Origin: Candidatus Latescibacterota bacterium
Lineage (GTDB): Bacteria > Latescibacterota > UBA2968 > UBA8231
Direction of reading: 5' to 3'
Length of the DNA: 64,000 bases
Assembly: GCA_965223905.1 (NCBI GenBank)
Contig: CBDCXV010000009.1
Coordinates: 736,001 to 800,000 of the forward strand
The notes below the pieces were generated by a model, which was not told the origin of the DNA, did not search any database, and saw nothing but the letters and a program-made list of their open reading frames with translations. Shown here piece after piece: positions 47,959 through 60,500 of the stretch. Every line of letters starts with the position of its first letter. The stretch's first letter is position 1. Position numbers and translations under genes: made by a program.

Positions 47959-49503
47959 ATGAAGCTGAAGGAATCGCTGGAACTCGGGGGCCGCCACCTG
48001 CTCGGGTGGCTCGACCCGGAAAGGAACTGGCTGCCCACGGGAAGCTGGGCGATCACTCACGACCTCGGGCGCTGGTGGGACGCCATGCTGCGCCTCGAGG
48101 ACGCCACCGGGTTCGAGATCCCCGGACACATCGAGGGGGGGAACCTGGCCAACCTGCACTGGCTCACCGACAACCCGGACGGGCTGCTCTGGGTCCCGCC
48201 CGGCCTCTACTGGCACCCGGTCAAGTTCGAGTTCCACAGCCTGCGCGAGGGGATCCTGACCTTTGCCGCCCTGGCGAAGTTCCGCGGCAGCGCCTGGGCC
48301 CGCCGGGCCGGCCGCCGCTATCTCGAAAGCATCCGCAACGGCCTGGCGCCGGACTTCTCCTGGGACGCCGGCAGGTTCGACTACGCCCGCTATTTCGACG
48401 AGGTCGAGCACCGGGACGCCGGGCACACCCCGTTCAACGAGAACCGGTTCCAGAAGACGGTGAGCCACGGCCGCTGCATCGAAGCCCTGGTCTGGTACTA
48501 CCGCTGGACGGGAGACGACCTCGCCCTCGACCTCGCCGAGCGCCTGGCGCGATTCCACCTCGAATACGCGGTCGCCGAGGACGGCCGCATCCCGCGCTGC
48601 CTGATCGCCCCGGACAGCGCCCCGGGGGACCGCCAGTCCCACCTGTACACCCTGTGCGGGCTGTTGCTTTTCGGACTGATGACGCGCCAGTCGCGCTACG
48701 TCGACGCCGTGGTCCGAACTTACGAGGTCGGAGTGCCGGAGATCGTCAACGAGTGCGGGTGGGTCGCCCACGACCTCGGGGTTCTGCGCTTCCCCGACAG
48801 GACCGGGAATCCGCTCGCCAACACCGAGTCGACCGGGGCCGCGGCGCGCCTTGCCCTGTGGATGGCGATGCACACCGGCCGGGCGGAGTGCTACGACGAC
48901 GTCGAGCGCCTGGTGCGGGCGCGGCTGTTTCCCGGGCAGACCACGGAGGCGGACCGGCGCGGAAATCCCGCCGTCGAGATAGCGGACAAGGCGATCGGGG
49001 GCTGGGGGGTGAACGACTACCCGCACGCCGGCAAGGGGTTCAACCCGAGCGGCACCGCGGAAGTCGTGCACACCTTCAGCGCCATCTACCGGAACGTCAT
49101 CTCCCGACAGGAGGCGGGGCTGTTCGTCAACATGCATTTCGACTGCGAGGGGCCCGACGCCGAGGTCGCGGTGGCGCGCGACAGGGAGGCCGTGGTGACG
49201 ATCACCCCCCGGGTGGAGGACCACCTCTTCGTGCGCGTTCCCGGGTGGGCGGACCGGGTGCGCCTGTCGGTCGACGGCGAACCGGTGGAGGCGGACATGA
49301 CCGGGCCCTGGGCCTGCATCCCGCGGCAGAGGCTGAAGCGGGGAAGCCGGGTGGTGCTGCGCTACGGGCTGCCGGAGAGGCGCACCTCCGAAACCATGCC
49401 GGCCGGGGATACCTACGAGTTCGCCTGGAGAGGGGACGAGATCATAGGCGTGGCTCCGAACGACAAGCCGCTGCCGTTCTATCCGACGCTCGAGGTTCAG
49501 TAG
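47959..49503 (+). CDS. GH127 (beta-L-arabinofuranosidase)-like alpha/alpha-toroid protein
   Basis: 'GR.IEALV.YYR.TGD..AL.LA','E......L......TG...Y.D..ER','L.VRVPGWA','W.GD.I'; CDS secure, function tentative. Confidence 0.65.
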   Translation: MKLKESLELGGRHLLGWLDPERNWLPTGSWAITHDLGRWWDAMLRLEDATGFEIPGHIEGGNLANLHWLTDNPDGLLWVPPGLYWHPVKFEFHSLREGILTFAALAKFRGSAWARRAGRRYLESIRNGLAPDFSWDAGRFDYARYFDEVEHRDAGHTPFNENRFQKTVSHGRCIEALVWYYRWTGDDLALDLAERLARFHLEYAVAEDGRIPRCLIAPDSAPGDRQSHLYTLCGLLLFGLMTRQSRYVDAVVRTYEVGVPEIVNECGWVAHDLGVLRFPDRTGNPLANTESTGAAARLALWMAMHTGRAECYDDVERLVRARLFPGQTTEADRRGNPAVEIADKAIGGWGVNDYPHAGKGFNPSGTAEVVHTFSAIYRNVISRQEAGLFVNMHFDCEGPDAEVAVARDREAVVTITPRVEDHLFVRVPGWADRVRLSVDGEPVEADMTGPWACIPRQRLKRGSRVVLRYGLPERRTSETMPAGDTYEFAWRGDEIIGVAPNDKPLPFYPTLEVQ

Positions 49504-49534
49504 ACCGGAGAGGCGCCTGCCGCGGCGCTGCGGA

Positions 49535-50650
49535 TCAGTGGGCGACCGAGCCGTCGGCGTGAAAGGAGCCGCCGATCTTCACCGGCTCGAACGGGATTTC
49601 CGCGCACGCCCTCTCGTCGATTTCGACGCCGATGCCGGGGCGTTCGCGGATCTCGCGGAATCCGCCTTCCTCGGCGAACGGCTCGTCGACCAGCTCCGCG
49701 GCGATCCCGAGGTGCCGCTGCGATTCCATGAAGGCGTAGTTGGGAATGGCCGCGGCGAGATGGGCGAAGGCGGCTCCGTTGACGGGGCTGCCCATCAGGT
49801 GGGGGAACAGCTGCACGAGGGCGGACTCGGCTATCGCGGCGATCTTCTTCACCTGCGTGAAGCCGCCGGCCAGCGACAGGTCGGCGCGGATGAAACTGGC
49901 GACCTTCCTGTCGATGAGCTCCTTGAACTGAAAGATGCCGTAGCTGCGCTCGCCGACCGCCAGCGGTATGTCGACGTGGGCGGCGACGTACTCGAGGGCA
50001 TCCTCGCTTTCCGGCACCAGCGGGTCCTCGTAGAACTTCAGCCGGAACGGCCTCAGCTCGGCGGCGAGGGTGATGGCCTCGTCCGGCCTGAGGTTGCGGT
50101 GGATCTCCACCCCGAGGTCGACGCGGTCCCCGGCAGCCTCGCGCGCCGCCGCGACCATGGCGACGGCGTCGTCGACGACCTCGGCGGAGGTCCGCTGCTC
50201 GAAGCCGGGAAAGAAGGGACCGAGCCGCAGGGTGGTGTAGCCGGCGGCGACCGCCCGTCTCGCCGTCTCGCCGACTTCTTCAAGGGAGGAGCCCCCGACG
50301 CCGCCGAACACCGCGACCTTGTCGCGGCACCTGCCTCCGAGCAGCTGGTAGACCGGCAGCCCGGCCTCCTTTCCGAGGATGTCCCAGAGGGCGATGTCGA
50401 TGGCGCTGAGGGCGGCGCTCAGCACCGGTCCGGTGAAATGGGCGCTGCGGGAGACCGTCTGGAAGTGGTGCTCGATCCGGCGCGGGTCCTTGCCGACGAA
50501 ATACTCCCCCAGCTCCTCGATCGCCGCGGCGACGACCGGGTGGTGGGCCCACAGGCCGGCCTCGCCGTTGCCGACGAGGTCCTTGTCGGTGTACACGCGC
50601 ACCAGCAGGCAGCGGCCGGTCAGGAAGCTCTTAATGCAGGTTATCTTCAT
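49535..50650 (-). CDS. Galactonate dehydratase-like enolase superfamily enzyme
   Basis: 'MKIT.I','SAIDIALWDILGK..GLPVYQLLGG.CRD','FYEDP','GER','GG....KKIA','PG.GVE','DGSV'. Confidence 0.9.
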   Translation of the reverse strand: MKITCIKSFLTGRCLLVRVYTDKDLVGNGEAGLWAHHPVVAAAIEELGEYFVGKDPRRIEHHFQTVSRSAHFTGPVLSAALSAIDIALWDILGKEAGLPVYQLLGGRCRDKVAVFGGVGGSSLEEVGETARRAVAAGYTTLRLGPFFPGFEQRTSAEVVDDAVAMVAAAREAAGDRVDLGVEIHRNLRPDEAITLAAELRPFRLKFYEDPLVPESEDALEYVAAHVDIPLAVGERSYGIFQFKELIDRKVASFIRADLSLAGGFTQVKKIAAIAESALVQLFPHLMGSPVNGAAFAHLAAAIPNYAFMESQRHLGIAAELVDEPFAEEGGFREIRERPGIGVEIDERACAEIPFEPVKIGGSFHADGSVAH

Positions 50651-51046
50651 TGTGGAACAGGGGCTTATGTCTCGGGGCGATCAGCGAGCGAGCCGATGGT
50701 ACGGATCGATCCGGCGGGCGGCAAGGAAGCGGCCAAATCAGTGAGATGAAGAACACCCGGGAAAAGCGGCGAGCCGTTGCCGCTCTTCTGATCTCGGCAG
50801 TCTGCACGGACTGGCGTTGTGGCTGGTCCCCATGCCTGAGCAAGGGGAAGAGCGGGTGGTCCGGGTCCGGTTCCCAGTTCGTGTGAAACCCGAACGGTTC
50901 GAGTTGAGCCCCCCGGTTTCGGTTCCGCGTCAACTACTGGATCGCCTGCGTTCGGAAACGCGGCCGCCCGATCTCGAAACTGTGGCTTCCCGCGGCCGGT
51001 ATCTCTCCGGAAAAAAGGAATGACAGATCAGACGGAGGTTTTTTAG

Positions 51047-51145
51047 CGGATCCAGCAGGCGGCCAGCTTCGAAGGCAAGACCGCAAGCAGCTTCATTCTC
51101 TCCAGTGCCTTGGCCCAGGCGGAGCAGGTACTCGTCCTCCGGTAG
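51047..51145 (+). pseudogene. DUF1778 (TacA-type) antitoxin fragment
   Basis: RIQQAASFEGKTASSFILSSALAQAEQV between two TAG stops. Confidence 0.55.
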
Positions 51146-51518
51146 TGGAATCTTTCGCATGTCGACCTCCTTCGAGGAGTTCGAGGATCTTGAGATCTTC
51201 CGCCGCCTCGCCGAGCCAACCTGGAGAGGCTCTGCGCACAAGTCCACGCACGACGATACCGATTCACGTGGTTGACCCGCCGGGGCGGATCGTCCGCACC
51301 TTGGGCGACTGAAAAGCACTTGCGTGGCGCGTTGTCTTAAGGATCCTGCCGGGCTGGTCCTACTTTCGCCTGAGCCGGTCTCAATTCTCCAGCCCCGCCT
51401 CCTGCAAAAAAAGCGTTTGCCAACGGACATCCCCTGTCCTCCTCGCGCATATCTTCATCCCGTCCAATTGGGGTACAGCCCATCCGCATGGGTGACTTAA
51501 CCCAGAGGAGCTGAGGGA

Positions 51519-51800
51519 ATGAAAGCCGCAATCGGGTGTCTCATCGGGCTGATGGGACTGTGGAGCCATGCAGGGGCCGAGCCCCGGGTCGAGGACCGGG
51601 TTCCGCTACTCTCAGGCGCAACGGTTCCCGGCACGCACACGGCCCGCCGGGACGCCACCGATGCGGCGGCGCAGGCCGTGGGCGCCGGGGTGTATCTGTA
51701 CCGCCTCAGCGGGGGCGAGGCGAAGATCACCCGGTCGATGCTGCTGATCGACGGACAGGCGGGGATTCCGTCGGGTGGGAGCGGGTCGAACGTCCTGGAA
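51519..51800 (+). pseudogene. Internally deleted FlgD-Ig/T9SS-domain protein remnant
   Basis: Signal-like start then only 'HTAR.DATDAA.QAVGAGVYLYRLSGG...TRSMLLIDGQAG'. Confidence 0.55.
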
Positions 51801-51870
51801 GGCTGCGCCGGATTCACGGGACCGATTTCCAAGGCTGCGTTTGACCTGCTTATCATGTTCAGGTTTCCCT

Positions 51871-52809
51871 TCACCTGCGGTAGCGGATGCGAGCTACCGC
51901 CCCACGAGCAGCAAGCTGTCCCCGCGCATAGTGACCTGGCATCGTCGGCGACCGCCAACGGCCGGCTGTCTGCATTTCGGCAAGCGAAGCACCGCCGGCA
52001 GCGAGCGACTCAGCGCCGCCGACGCGCAGCGAGTGACCGGAAACCCCCTTCACGCCAATGGCCGTGCATCGGCGTTTGATGATCTGTCGGACGCTTGCGG
52101 TGCTTAGTTCCTTCTCGCCCCCGACATTTCCGCCTCGATGGAGGCGGCGAAATAGCGGCCCGCAGGTAATCCTGGCCGCTTCCAGCCACGCCTTGACCCT
52201 GGCCACGGTAGGGGGACCCAGATAGAGCACGACTCCGATCCCTTCCTGGTCCGTCTTCGAGTGGCGGATGGTAACGCGGCCGCCATCAAGTTCGAAAGCG
52301 AGATCGTCGACCTGGAGAGCTACCAGCTCGGAGACGCGCAGCAAGCCGTCCGACATGACCGAAATGATCGCCGCGTCGCGCCGCCCCTGGATGGACCCTT
52401 CGCCAGCGGCGATAGCCGCGGCGGCCTCGGCTTGCGAGAAGTTCACGCCGCTCGCCTGACCTCGTCCTCTTCCTCGCCCCTGGCGCCGGATCCCGGCAAG
52501 AACCCGGTTGGTTCGGGGACCTACCGGCGGTGGAAGGTCCTGCAGCTTGGCCCGGAACTTGAGCGCAGCGACTACCTGGGAGCACGTCGCCGGCGACTTC
52601 TCGGCATCGTACAGGGCGGCGAGGTAGTTGGCAACGACGGTATCGGTGACGGGGTTGTCGCCGATCGCTTTGTCGAACCTCGCCAGCGCGGCCGTATAAG
52701 CCCGCTTGGTGTTGGCGGAAATGCTGGCCTGGACGAGCTCGAGGGCCCGACTTGAGACAGTGAGGGACGGCGCTTGTTTGACGGCGACTGGTGCGGTGTG
52801 GGTGCTCAT
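51871..52809 (-). CDS. Cre-like tyrosine recombinase/integrase
   Basis: SAM-like 'S.NT.RAY'; catalytic R (GLLRVSEL), K (SKTDQ), HxxR (GHSLR), W (GRW), Y (GHYAR) intact. Confidence 0.93.
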   Translation of the reverse strand: MSTHTAPVAVKQAPSLTVSSRALELVQASISANTKRAYTAALARFDKAIGDNPVTDTVVANYLAALYDAEKSPATCSQVVAALKFRAKLQDLPPPVGPRTNRVLAGIRRQGRGRGRGQASGVNFSQAEAAAAIAAGEGSIQGRRDAAIISVMSDGLLRVSELVALQVDDLAFELDGGRVTIRHSKTDQEGIGVVLYLGPPTVARVKAWLEAARITCGPLFRRLHRGGNVGGEKELSTASVRQIIKRRCTAIGVKGVSGHSLRVGGAESLAAGGASLAEMQTAGRWRSPTMPGHYARGQLAARGAVARIRYRR

Positions 52810-53469
52810 TTCATGTGCCGATAAGATGTCCTCTAGGACGACCTGAGGTGTACTCCGTCAACTGACAGAAAAATGGGGTGAAATAAGGTGCATTTTCATG
52901 CTTCCTGGACCGGGGTTGTTTCCCGTACCGAGTACCGGTACGGGCTGGCATACCCCAGCGCTTAGTGAAAGCGATCCAAGCTATTTAACTCGAAAGGAAA
53001 CCGTTCAGTTCCCTGGAAGATTGGGGCCGAAAAGGCTCGGTCTCGAACCGCCGCCAGCGGTTTCCGCAGAGGTGCCAGTCGACCTTGTTGTCGACGGTAT
53101 CCAGCGCCTCGAAATCCAACTTGTGGCGAAGTAGCGCCCCCCCGGGCGGGAGTGCGCGACCTTATAATTTAACGCGACCATATTGTTATCAAATGTTATA
53201 AAATGATTCTTATAAGATCGGTTAAACAATCTATTTACCGAGTCCATTGTCCGCAAATGGTCGAAAATCTTCCCGGATATGTCAAGCACTTTTTTCGCCC
53301 AAACGACAGGCAGACCCAGGGAGAGCAGTCTGAGCGACGCAAGTTGTTTCCCATTTTCGCCCTCATGATCTTCAATTTCGGAACGGGGCCGGACACAGTC
53401 TGGCCGATTCGCTGACGAGAACGGCGCCTTAAACGACGGTTTCCTCCCCCCGGCCATACGGTAAACGTC

Positions 53470-54330
53470 GGATCGGCCCTCGATTGATCCCGCCTCGGGA
53501 TTCGCCCCCGCCGTCGCCGATATCCACCCCCGGCGGTGCTCGCCCGCATCGGCCGCGACCTGGTGAGAAACGGAGAGTCCCTCCACATCCTGGAGGTGGT
53601 CGACGGCCGCCTCGTTCTGGTGTCCGCTGAATGGGACGTGGTAGGCGCCTGGCCAACCCTGGCATGCTACCAGGTCGACGTGCCCCAACCCGGCCTCGAC
53701 CGACAGGGCCCCGGCCCACCTGCCGGCCGGCTGGTATTGGTTCTCCTGACCTGGGAATCGGACCCGGGGCGAACCCCCTGAAGAGGGCGACCGCCGCCCG
53801 GGAGCAACCATATCAGGCGAACTGGCCTCGCGCCTGAAGGCCCCCACCTCAGCAGCGAAGTCCTCGGCCAGGGCGGCCACTGGTGGGTAGGGCCCAACCT
53901 TTCGAGGGCGACGATAAAGCGGCCAAACCCGGTTCCTGCGTTAAGCCCGGAAGGCCCCCAGCCTGACCATTCTGTGGTATCTCCGCGACCCTTCCGGGGT
54001 CCACGGCGTACCGCAACGCCTCTGCGCCCATCCGCCCGATCCCCTGGTTTCCCAGCGCACCGCCGCCTGGGCGACCCTGCTGGCCGTTTGCGGCGTTCCC
54101 GAGGCCGTCGACACCCGCGACGGCTGGCGCCCACTTCGTCCACGCCCCCCCCGGTTGCCTCGTCGCCTGGAGGTCGAACGGCAGGCCAAGGTCGGGCCCG
54201 AGATCCGGGTCGACCTCTCCGAACTGGCCCGCGCCGACCTGGCGACCCGGGCCCCGCGCCTTCGGCAGCTTCATCGACGCCAGGGTGCCCGAGGCCGACG
54301 CCCGCCAGTTATGGGACCTGCCCACCCCCG
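53470..54330 (+). pseudogene. Degenerate phage portal protein gene
   Basis: Frameshifted pieces 'LARIGRDLVRNGESLHIL','CGVP..D.RDGWR.FVH','LE.E.QAKVG.EIRVDLSELARADLATRA/RAFGSFIDA...EADAR.L'. Confidence 0.6.
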
Positions 54331-54542
54331 GAATTGACCCCCGGGAAATGGCCTATTTGGCCACATGCGGCCCGGTTCCTTCCAAGTCCCCCGGGTCGGA
54401 AATGGACGCCTCCAGGGGCCCGGATTACTAGCGATATCCGATCATATCGCAGCTAATCCAAACAGCAACGAAAGCTTCGAAAAACGGCTTGAGATGCGAA
54501 CTAAGCCATTCAAACCAAGAGGATGAGGGGAGCACCCATATA

Positions 54543-57500
54543 ATGGATACCAGGCACGCGTTACACGAGGCAAGAAGATGGGGATGGGGAGGAATGCTCG
54601 TTTTGCTGACCATGTCGTTTCTCCCAAGGGGGATGCAAGCGCAGGAATCGTCGTTTGGTCCTCCAGAAGTGACGGTGAAATCTGGACCGGAGCAGCTCAC
54701 GGTGGAGTGGGACGAGGTAGAGGGGGCCACCGGCTACAAGGTGCAGTGGAGGAATGCCTCCGATGAGGCGGATGCGGAAGATACTGAGTGGGATGCCAGC
54801 CGTCAGGCCATGGAACCCGGGACGAGTTCGAGTAATCTCATCCCGGGTCTGGACCCGGCCCTCACGTACGAGGTGCGGGTTTTCGCCAAAGACATGTACG
54901 GCGACTACAGCAATCCTTCGAATGATCCCGATGGTGACGGTACTCCTATAGATCCATCCACCACTGGCACGCCGGCACCGGGCAAGGTGACGGGCGTGAC
55001 GGTGACCATTCCCATCGCCGCGGGACAGCTCACGGTGACCTGGGACAAGTTGGAGTTAGATAACCTCACTGGCTACAAGGTGCAGTGGAGGGATAAGGTG
55101 CAGTGGAGGGATCCGGATGAGGTAGCCTCTTGGGATGATTTCATGCCCGACGAGGACGGAGCGGACGGCGACAACCAAGAAACGCTGGACGCATCCCCAC
55201 CCCCAACGACCTATTCGATTCCAGGTTTGTCGGCGGAGAACACGTACACGGTGCGGGTGATCGCCACCAACGAGCCTATTCCCGCCACCCCCAACGCCGA
55301 CGAAAGCGACGGCGGCGACGGCACCCCCTCAGACGACGCCACAGGCAGGCCGAGGCCAGGCCAGGTGAACGGCCCGGATGAAGAGGCTACTACCGATCCT
55401 TTGATGGTAGAACCCGGTGAGGGGAAACTCACCGTGAAGTGGGAGTTGGTCACGGGGGCCGACGAATACAAAGTGCAGTGGAAGTCGGGGACGCAGGATT
55501 GGGACCCGATCAACCGCCAAGGCATGGAGGGCGAAGACGCAATCAGTCATGAGATTACGGGTCTGACGGCGGGCACCGAATACACGGTGCGGGTGTTCGC
55601 CATGAACACGAGCGGGCCCGGCATGCCATCAGAAAACGTCATGGGCACGCCGCAGCCGGGCCAGGTGACGGGGGTGATGGTGACCTCCGGCGTGGCGGAG
55701 CTTACGGTGCAGTGGACCGCGGTCTTGGGAACTGGAATTGGATACAAGGTGCAGTGGAAGTCGGGGGACGAGGAGTACGACGAAACGGGGAATACCCGCC
55801 AAGCAACGACGACCGCAACGAGCCATACGATTTCTCCTTCACCGGCTCTGACGGTGGGCACCGAGTACACGGTGCGGGTGATCGCCACACACGATCCGGC
55901 CGGAAATGCGGTAGAGGATATTTTTCCGGCCGACGGCACGCCTTCAGACGACGCCACAGGCACGCCGAAGCCGGGCTTGGTGCAGGGCTTGGTGCAGGTC
56001 ACGCCCACCCTACCGGGGGAGATCACGGTAACTTGGGACCGGTTGGAGGGGGCAGATAGCTACACGGTGCAGTGGAAGTTGGCGACGGAGGTGAATTACG
56101 ACGGGACCCGCCAAGAGGAGATCGGCCAGCCGGAAAGTGGTGATCTTTCGCATAGGATTACGGGGCTGGGGCGCACCGCGCACACGGTGCAGGTTTATGC
56201 CACAAACGATGGGGGGGATGGCGCGGCCACAGAAAAACCTGCAACCCCGGGAACCCCGGGGGACGACCAGGTGACGGGCGTGACGGTAACTCCCGGCTCG
56301 CAGCAGCTCACCGTGGAGTGGGTCCCGGTCACCGGGGCCACTGAATACAAGGTGCAGTGGTGGAAGGGAACCGCGGGATCATACGCAGATGCTCTTGAGG
56401 GGGACAAAGGCGATGCCTCGGGGATTCGTGGTGCGCGGTATACGATCAGGAGCCTGGATGAGGACACCGAGTACATGGTACAGGTGATTGCCGGGGAGGA
56501 GGGCGCACCCTCCCCAGTGACCGATCAGTGGACCAAGCCGGGCCAGGTGACGGGCGTGACGGTGCCCACTCCCACCACCGCGGGACAGCTCACGGTGACT
56601 TGGACGGCGGCTACCACTGCCGGGGTCATCGCCGCCGAGGGTGGCTACAAGGTGCAGTGGAGGACGGGGTCAGAGAATTGGGATCCCGGCCGCCAAGTCG
56701 ACGTGGAAAATGGGAATGCGGAGGAAACGACGATTGGCGATGGCACGCCGACTGCGGATATGCCTCTGGGGGGAACCCTCTACCGGGTGCGGGTGATCGC
56801 CTACAATGATGGCGGCGACGGCGACCCCTCAGGCGAGGCCACAGGAACGCCGTTGGCGGCCCAAGTGGCAACCCCGACGGTGAATGCCGGCCCGGAGCAG
56901 CTTGAGGTGGAGTGGGACGAGGCAGATGGGGCCTATAGGTACAAGGTGCAGTGGGAGGTGGGTTCATCTTTCACACCTGGCTTTACACCCACCGAAGGCA
57001 CCAACCAAAAAACAGTAGCCGGGACCGAGACCAGTTATACGATTCCGGGTCTGACGGGGGGAACCGAGTACGTGGTGCGGGTGATCGCCGAAAACGCGAG
57101 CGGCACGCCGGCCGCGGGGACCGCGAACGCGACAACAGGCACGCCGGAGCCGGGCATGGTGGGAACCCCGACGGTGACTCCCGGCCCGTTGCAACTGGCC
57201 GTGGAGTGGGACGCGGTCACGGGCGCCACCAGCTACAAGGTGCAGTGGAGGGATCCGGAAACTGATGACTCTTGGGATGCGTGGGATGCGGATGATTTCA
57301 CACCCGATGGCACAAACGAAGCAACGGTGCAAGCACCCACAACGATCCATACGATTTCTCCTAGCCCGGCTCTGTCGGCGGCCATCACCTACACGGTGCG
57401 GGTGGTCCCCGTAAACGCGAGCGGGGATGGCGCACCCTCAGCCGACGCCACGGGCAGGCCGGCGCCGGGCCAGGTGACGCTCGTTGCTCAGGATCTAAAC

Positions 57501-60500
57501 GCAGACCCCCCCGTGCGCCCTGTGAATCCCGGTGAGGAGCAGCTCACCGTGAATTGGGTCGATGTTATGGGGGAGGATGAATACAAAGTGCAATGGAAGT
57601 CGGGGACCGATGATTGGGACCCAAGCAACCGCCAAGGCATGGAGGACGAAGACGCAACCAGTTCTACGATTACGGGGCTGACGGCGGGCACCCCGTACAC
57701 GGTGCGGGTGATTGCCGTAAACACGAGCGGGGACGGCACGCCCTCAGCCGAGGCCACAGAAACGCCGAAGCCGGGCCAGGTAGGAACCCCGACGGTGGTC
57801 TCAGGCGAGGGGAATCTTACGGTATCGTGGACCGCGGTTTCTGGAACTGGAATTGGCTACAAGGTGCAGTGGAGGGATGGGAGTACTGTTGCCACTTGGG
57901 ATGGTTTCACACCCAGCGAGGGCACCAGCCAAGAAACGGTGACCGGAACGAGCCATACGATTCCGAGTCTGTCGGCGGGAACCGAGTACACGGTGCGGGT
58001 GATCGCCACACACGATTTGACCAACAACGACCCGATGACGGACGACGGCACGCCTTCAGAGGACGCCACAGGCACGCCGAAGCCGGGCCCGATAGGAACC
58101 GTGACGGCGACTCCGGGCGTCCGGTCTGCTGAGGTAAGCTGGCCCAGGGTCACCGGGGCAGATAAGTACATCCTGCAGTGGAAGTTGGCGACGGAGGTGA
58201 ATTACGACGGGACCCGCCAAGAGGAGATCGACCAGTCGGAAATTGGTGGTCTTACGTATAGGATTCCAGAGCTGACGGCGGGCACCTCGTACACGGTGCA
58301 GGTTGCCCCCCAAAACGAGGGGGGGGGCAGAGGGGATTTTGGAGAATCATCCGCTTTCATCCCAACAGCGGGGACAAATAACCAGGTGGTGGGGGTGGAG
58401 GTGACTTCCGGCTCGGAAGAGCTCGAGGTGGAGTGGGACCGGGTCCCTGGAGCCACTGGATACAAGGTGCAGTGGAATAGTGATGGTAATTACGACGACT
58501 TAGATGATGCGGCTGATGATCCTGACGACAGAACGTCAGATGTGTCCGGGACCAGTTATACGATTACGGGTCTGACGGGGGGCACCCTCTACGCGGTTCA
58601 GGTGATTGCTACCGTGGCCGGGGAGCCTGGAGATCCCTCAGCCGCCGGGCCCACACGCACAGGCACCCCTGCGCCGGGTCAGGTGGAGAACGTGCAGGTG
58701 ACCCTCGGCCAGGGGACCCTCGACGTATCGTGGGATGCGGCCCCGGGGGCCACTGGTGGATACACCGTGCAGTGGAGGGAGGATTCGCAGCTGTACAGCA
58801 CCCGGTCAAGGATGAAAGAGGTCGCTGCAGGTGCAAATCCACCTACGATGACAACATTAACAGAGATGGACCTTCGGGGTCCTGGCCTTTTTATGCCTGC
58901 GGGTCAGAAGTACTGGGTGCAGGTTTACGCCAAACACACAGATGAAGGGGCTGGCCCACCCTCAGAAGAAGTCACCGGCACGCCGTTGCCGGGCGAGGTG
59001 ACCCCGACGGTGACTCGCGGCCCGCAGCAGCTCGAGGTGACGTGGGACCTGGTCCCGGGGGCCACTGGATACACGGTGCAGTGGAAGTCGGGGAGCCAGG
59101 ATTGGGACAACTTGGGTGATACGGATGACACCAGAACGGCGCGCTTGGGAAATGTGTCCAGTCATACGATTGAGAATCTGACGGCAGGCACTCAGTACAC
59201 GGTGCAGGTTTTCGCTTCAAACGCTGGCGGGTTGGGGCCGGCCTCGGATCTACAAAGAGGCACCCCTGCGCCGGGCACGGTGACGGGCGTGTCGGTGACT
59301 TCCGGCTCGGGGGCGCTCACGGTATCGTGGACGGCCGTCCCGGGGGCGGCTGGATACAAAATCCAGTGGAAGTCGGGAGAGGAAACGTTCGAGGATGCGG
59401 CAACCGACAACCGCGAAGGCCGGAGAACGGGTCTGAGTTACACCATCGAAAACCTGTCGGCGGACACCGAGTATACGGTACAGGTGATCGCCACCTTGGA
59501 ACTGAGCAATTCCAACGACCCGGAGACAGACGATAGCGCTCCCTCAGCCCCCCCCGCCACCGGCACGCCGTTGCCGGGCCAGGTGGCAAATGTGGATGTG
59601 GGGATCGGCGCGGGGAAGCTCCTGCTGTCGTGGGACGAGGTTACCGGGGCCGACGACTACACGGTGCAGTGGAAGTCGGAGGATGAAACGTTCCCGGATG
59701 CCGCAACCGACAACCGCGAAGCAACGGATATTTCGGGGACGAGGTATACGATTGAGGGCCTGACGGCGGGCACCGAGTACACGGTGCAGGTGATCGCCTC
59801 CAACGCGAGCGGCGACGGCGATCCCTCAGAAGAAGCAACAGGCACTCCGAACGAGCTCGCTGAGGGCCAGGTTGCGAACGTGGTGGTGACTCCCGGCGCC
59901 GGGGAGCTCATGGTATCGTGGGACCCGGTAGCAGGGGCCACCGGCTACACGGTGCAGTGGAAGTCGGAGACGGACGCGGATTACGATGCGACCAGCCGCC
60001 AAGCCTCCGGCTCGGATATTACCGGTACGAGTTATACGATTCAGGACCTGACGGCGGGCACCGAGTACACGGTGCGGGTGAGGGCTACCGTGAATGGGTC
60101 CGAGGGAGATTACTCGGACGAAGCCTTCGAAACGCCGTTGGAACGGCCGGCCCAGGTTGCGAACGTGGTGGTGACTGCCGGCCCGGAGCAGCTCATGGTA
60201 TCGTGGGATGCGGCCCAGGCGGCCACCGGCTACAAGGTGCAGTGGAAGTCGGACCAGGAAACGTTCGAGGATGCCGCAACCGACAACCGCGAAGCCTCGG
60301 GTTCGGATATTACCGGTACGAGTTATACGATTGAGGATCTGACCGCGGGCACCCAGTACACGGTGCGGGTGATCGCTACGGGGGCCTTGGTCGGCGGTGC
60401 ACCCTCAACCGGTGACCCCTCAACGGAAGTCCCAGGCACTCCGACGCCGGGAATGGTGGTGGACGTGACCGTGACTCCCGGCGCGGAGCGGCTCACGGTA

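Noticed and set aside
50746-51023. TonB-like N-terminal fragment (ALLISAV/LHGLALWLVP)
   Set aside because: Needs a frameshift and the similarity is too short to support a call.
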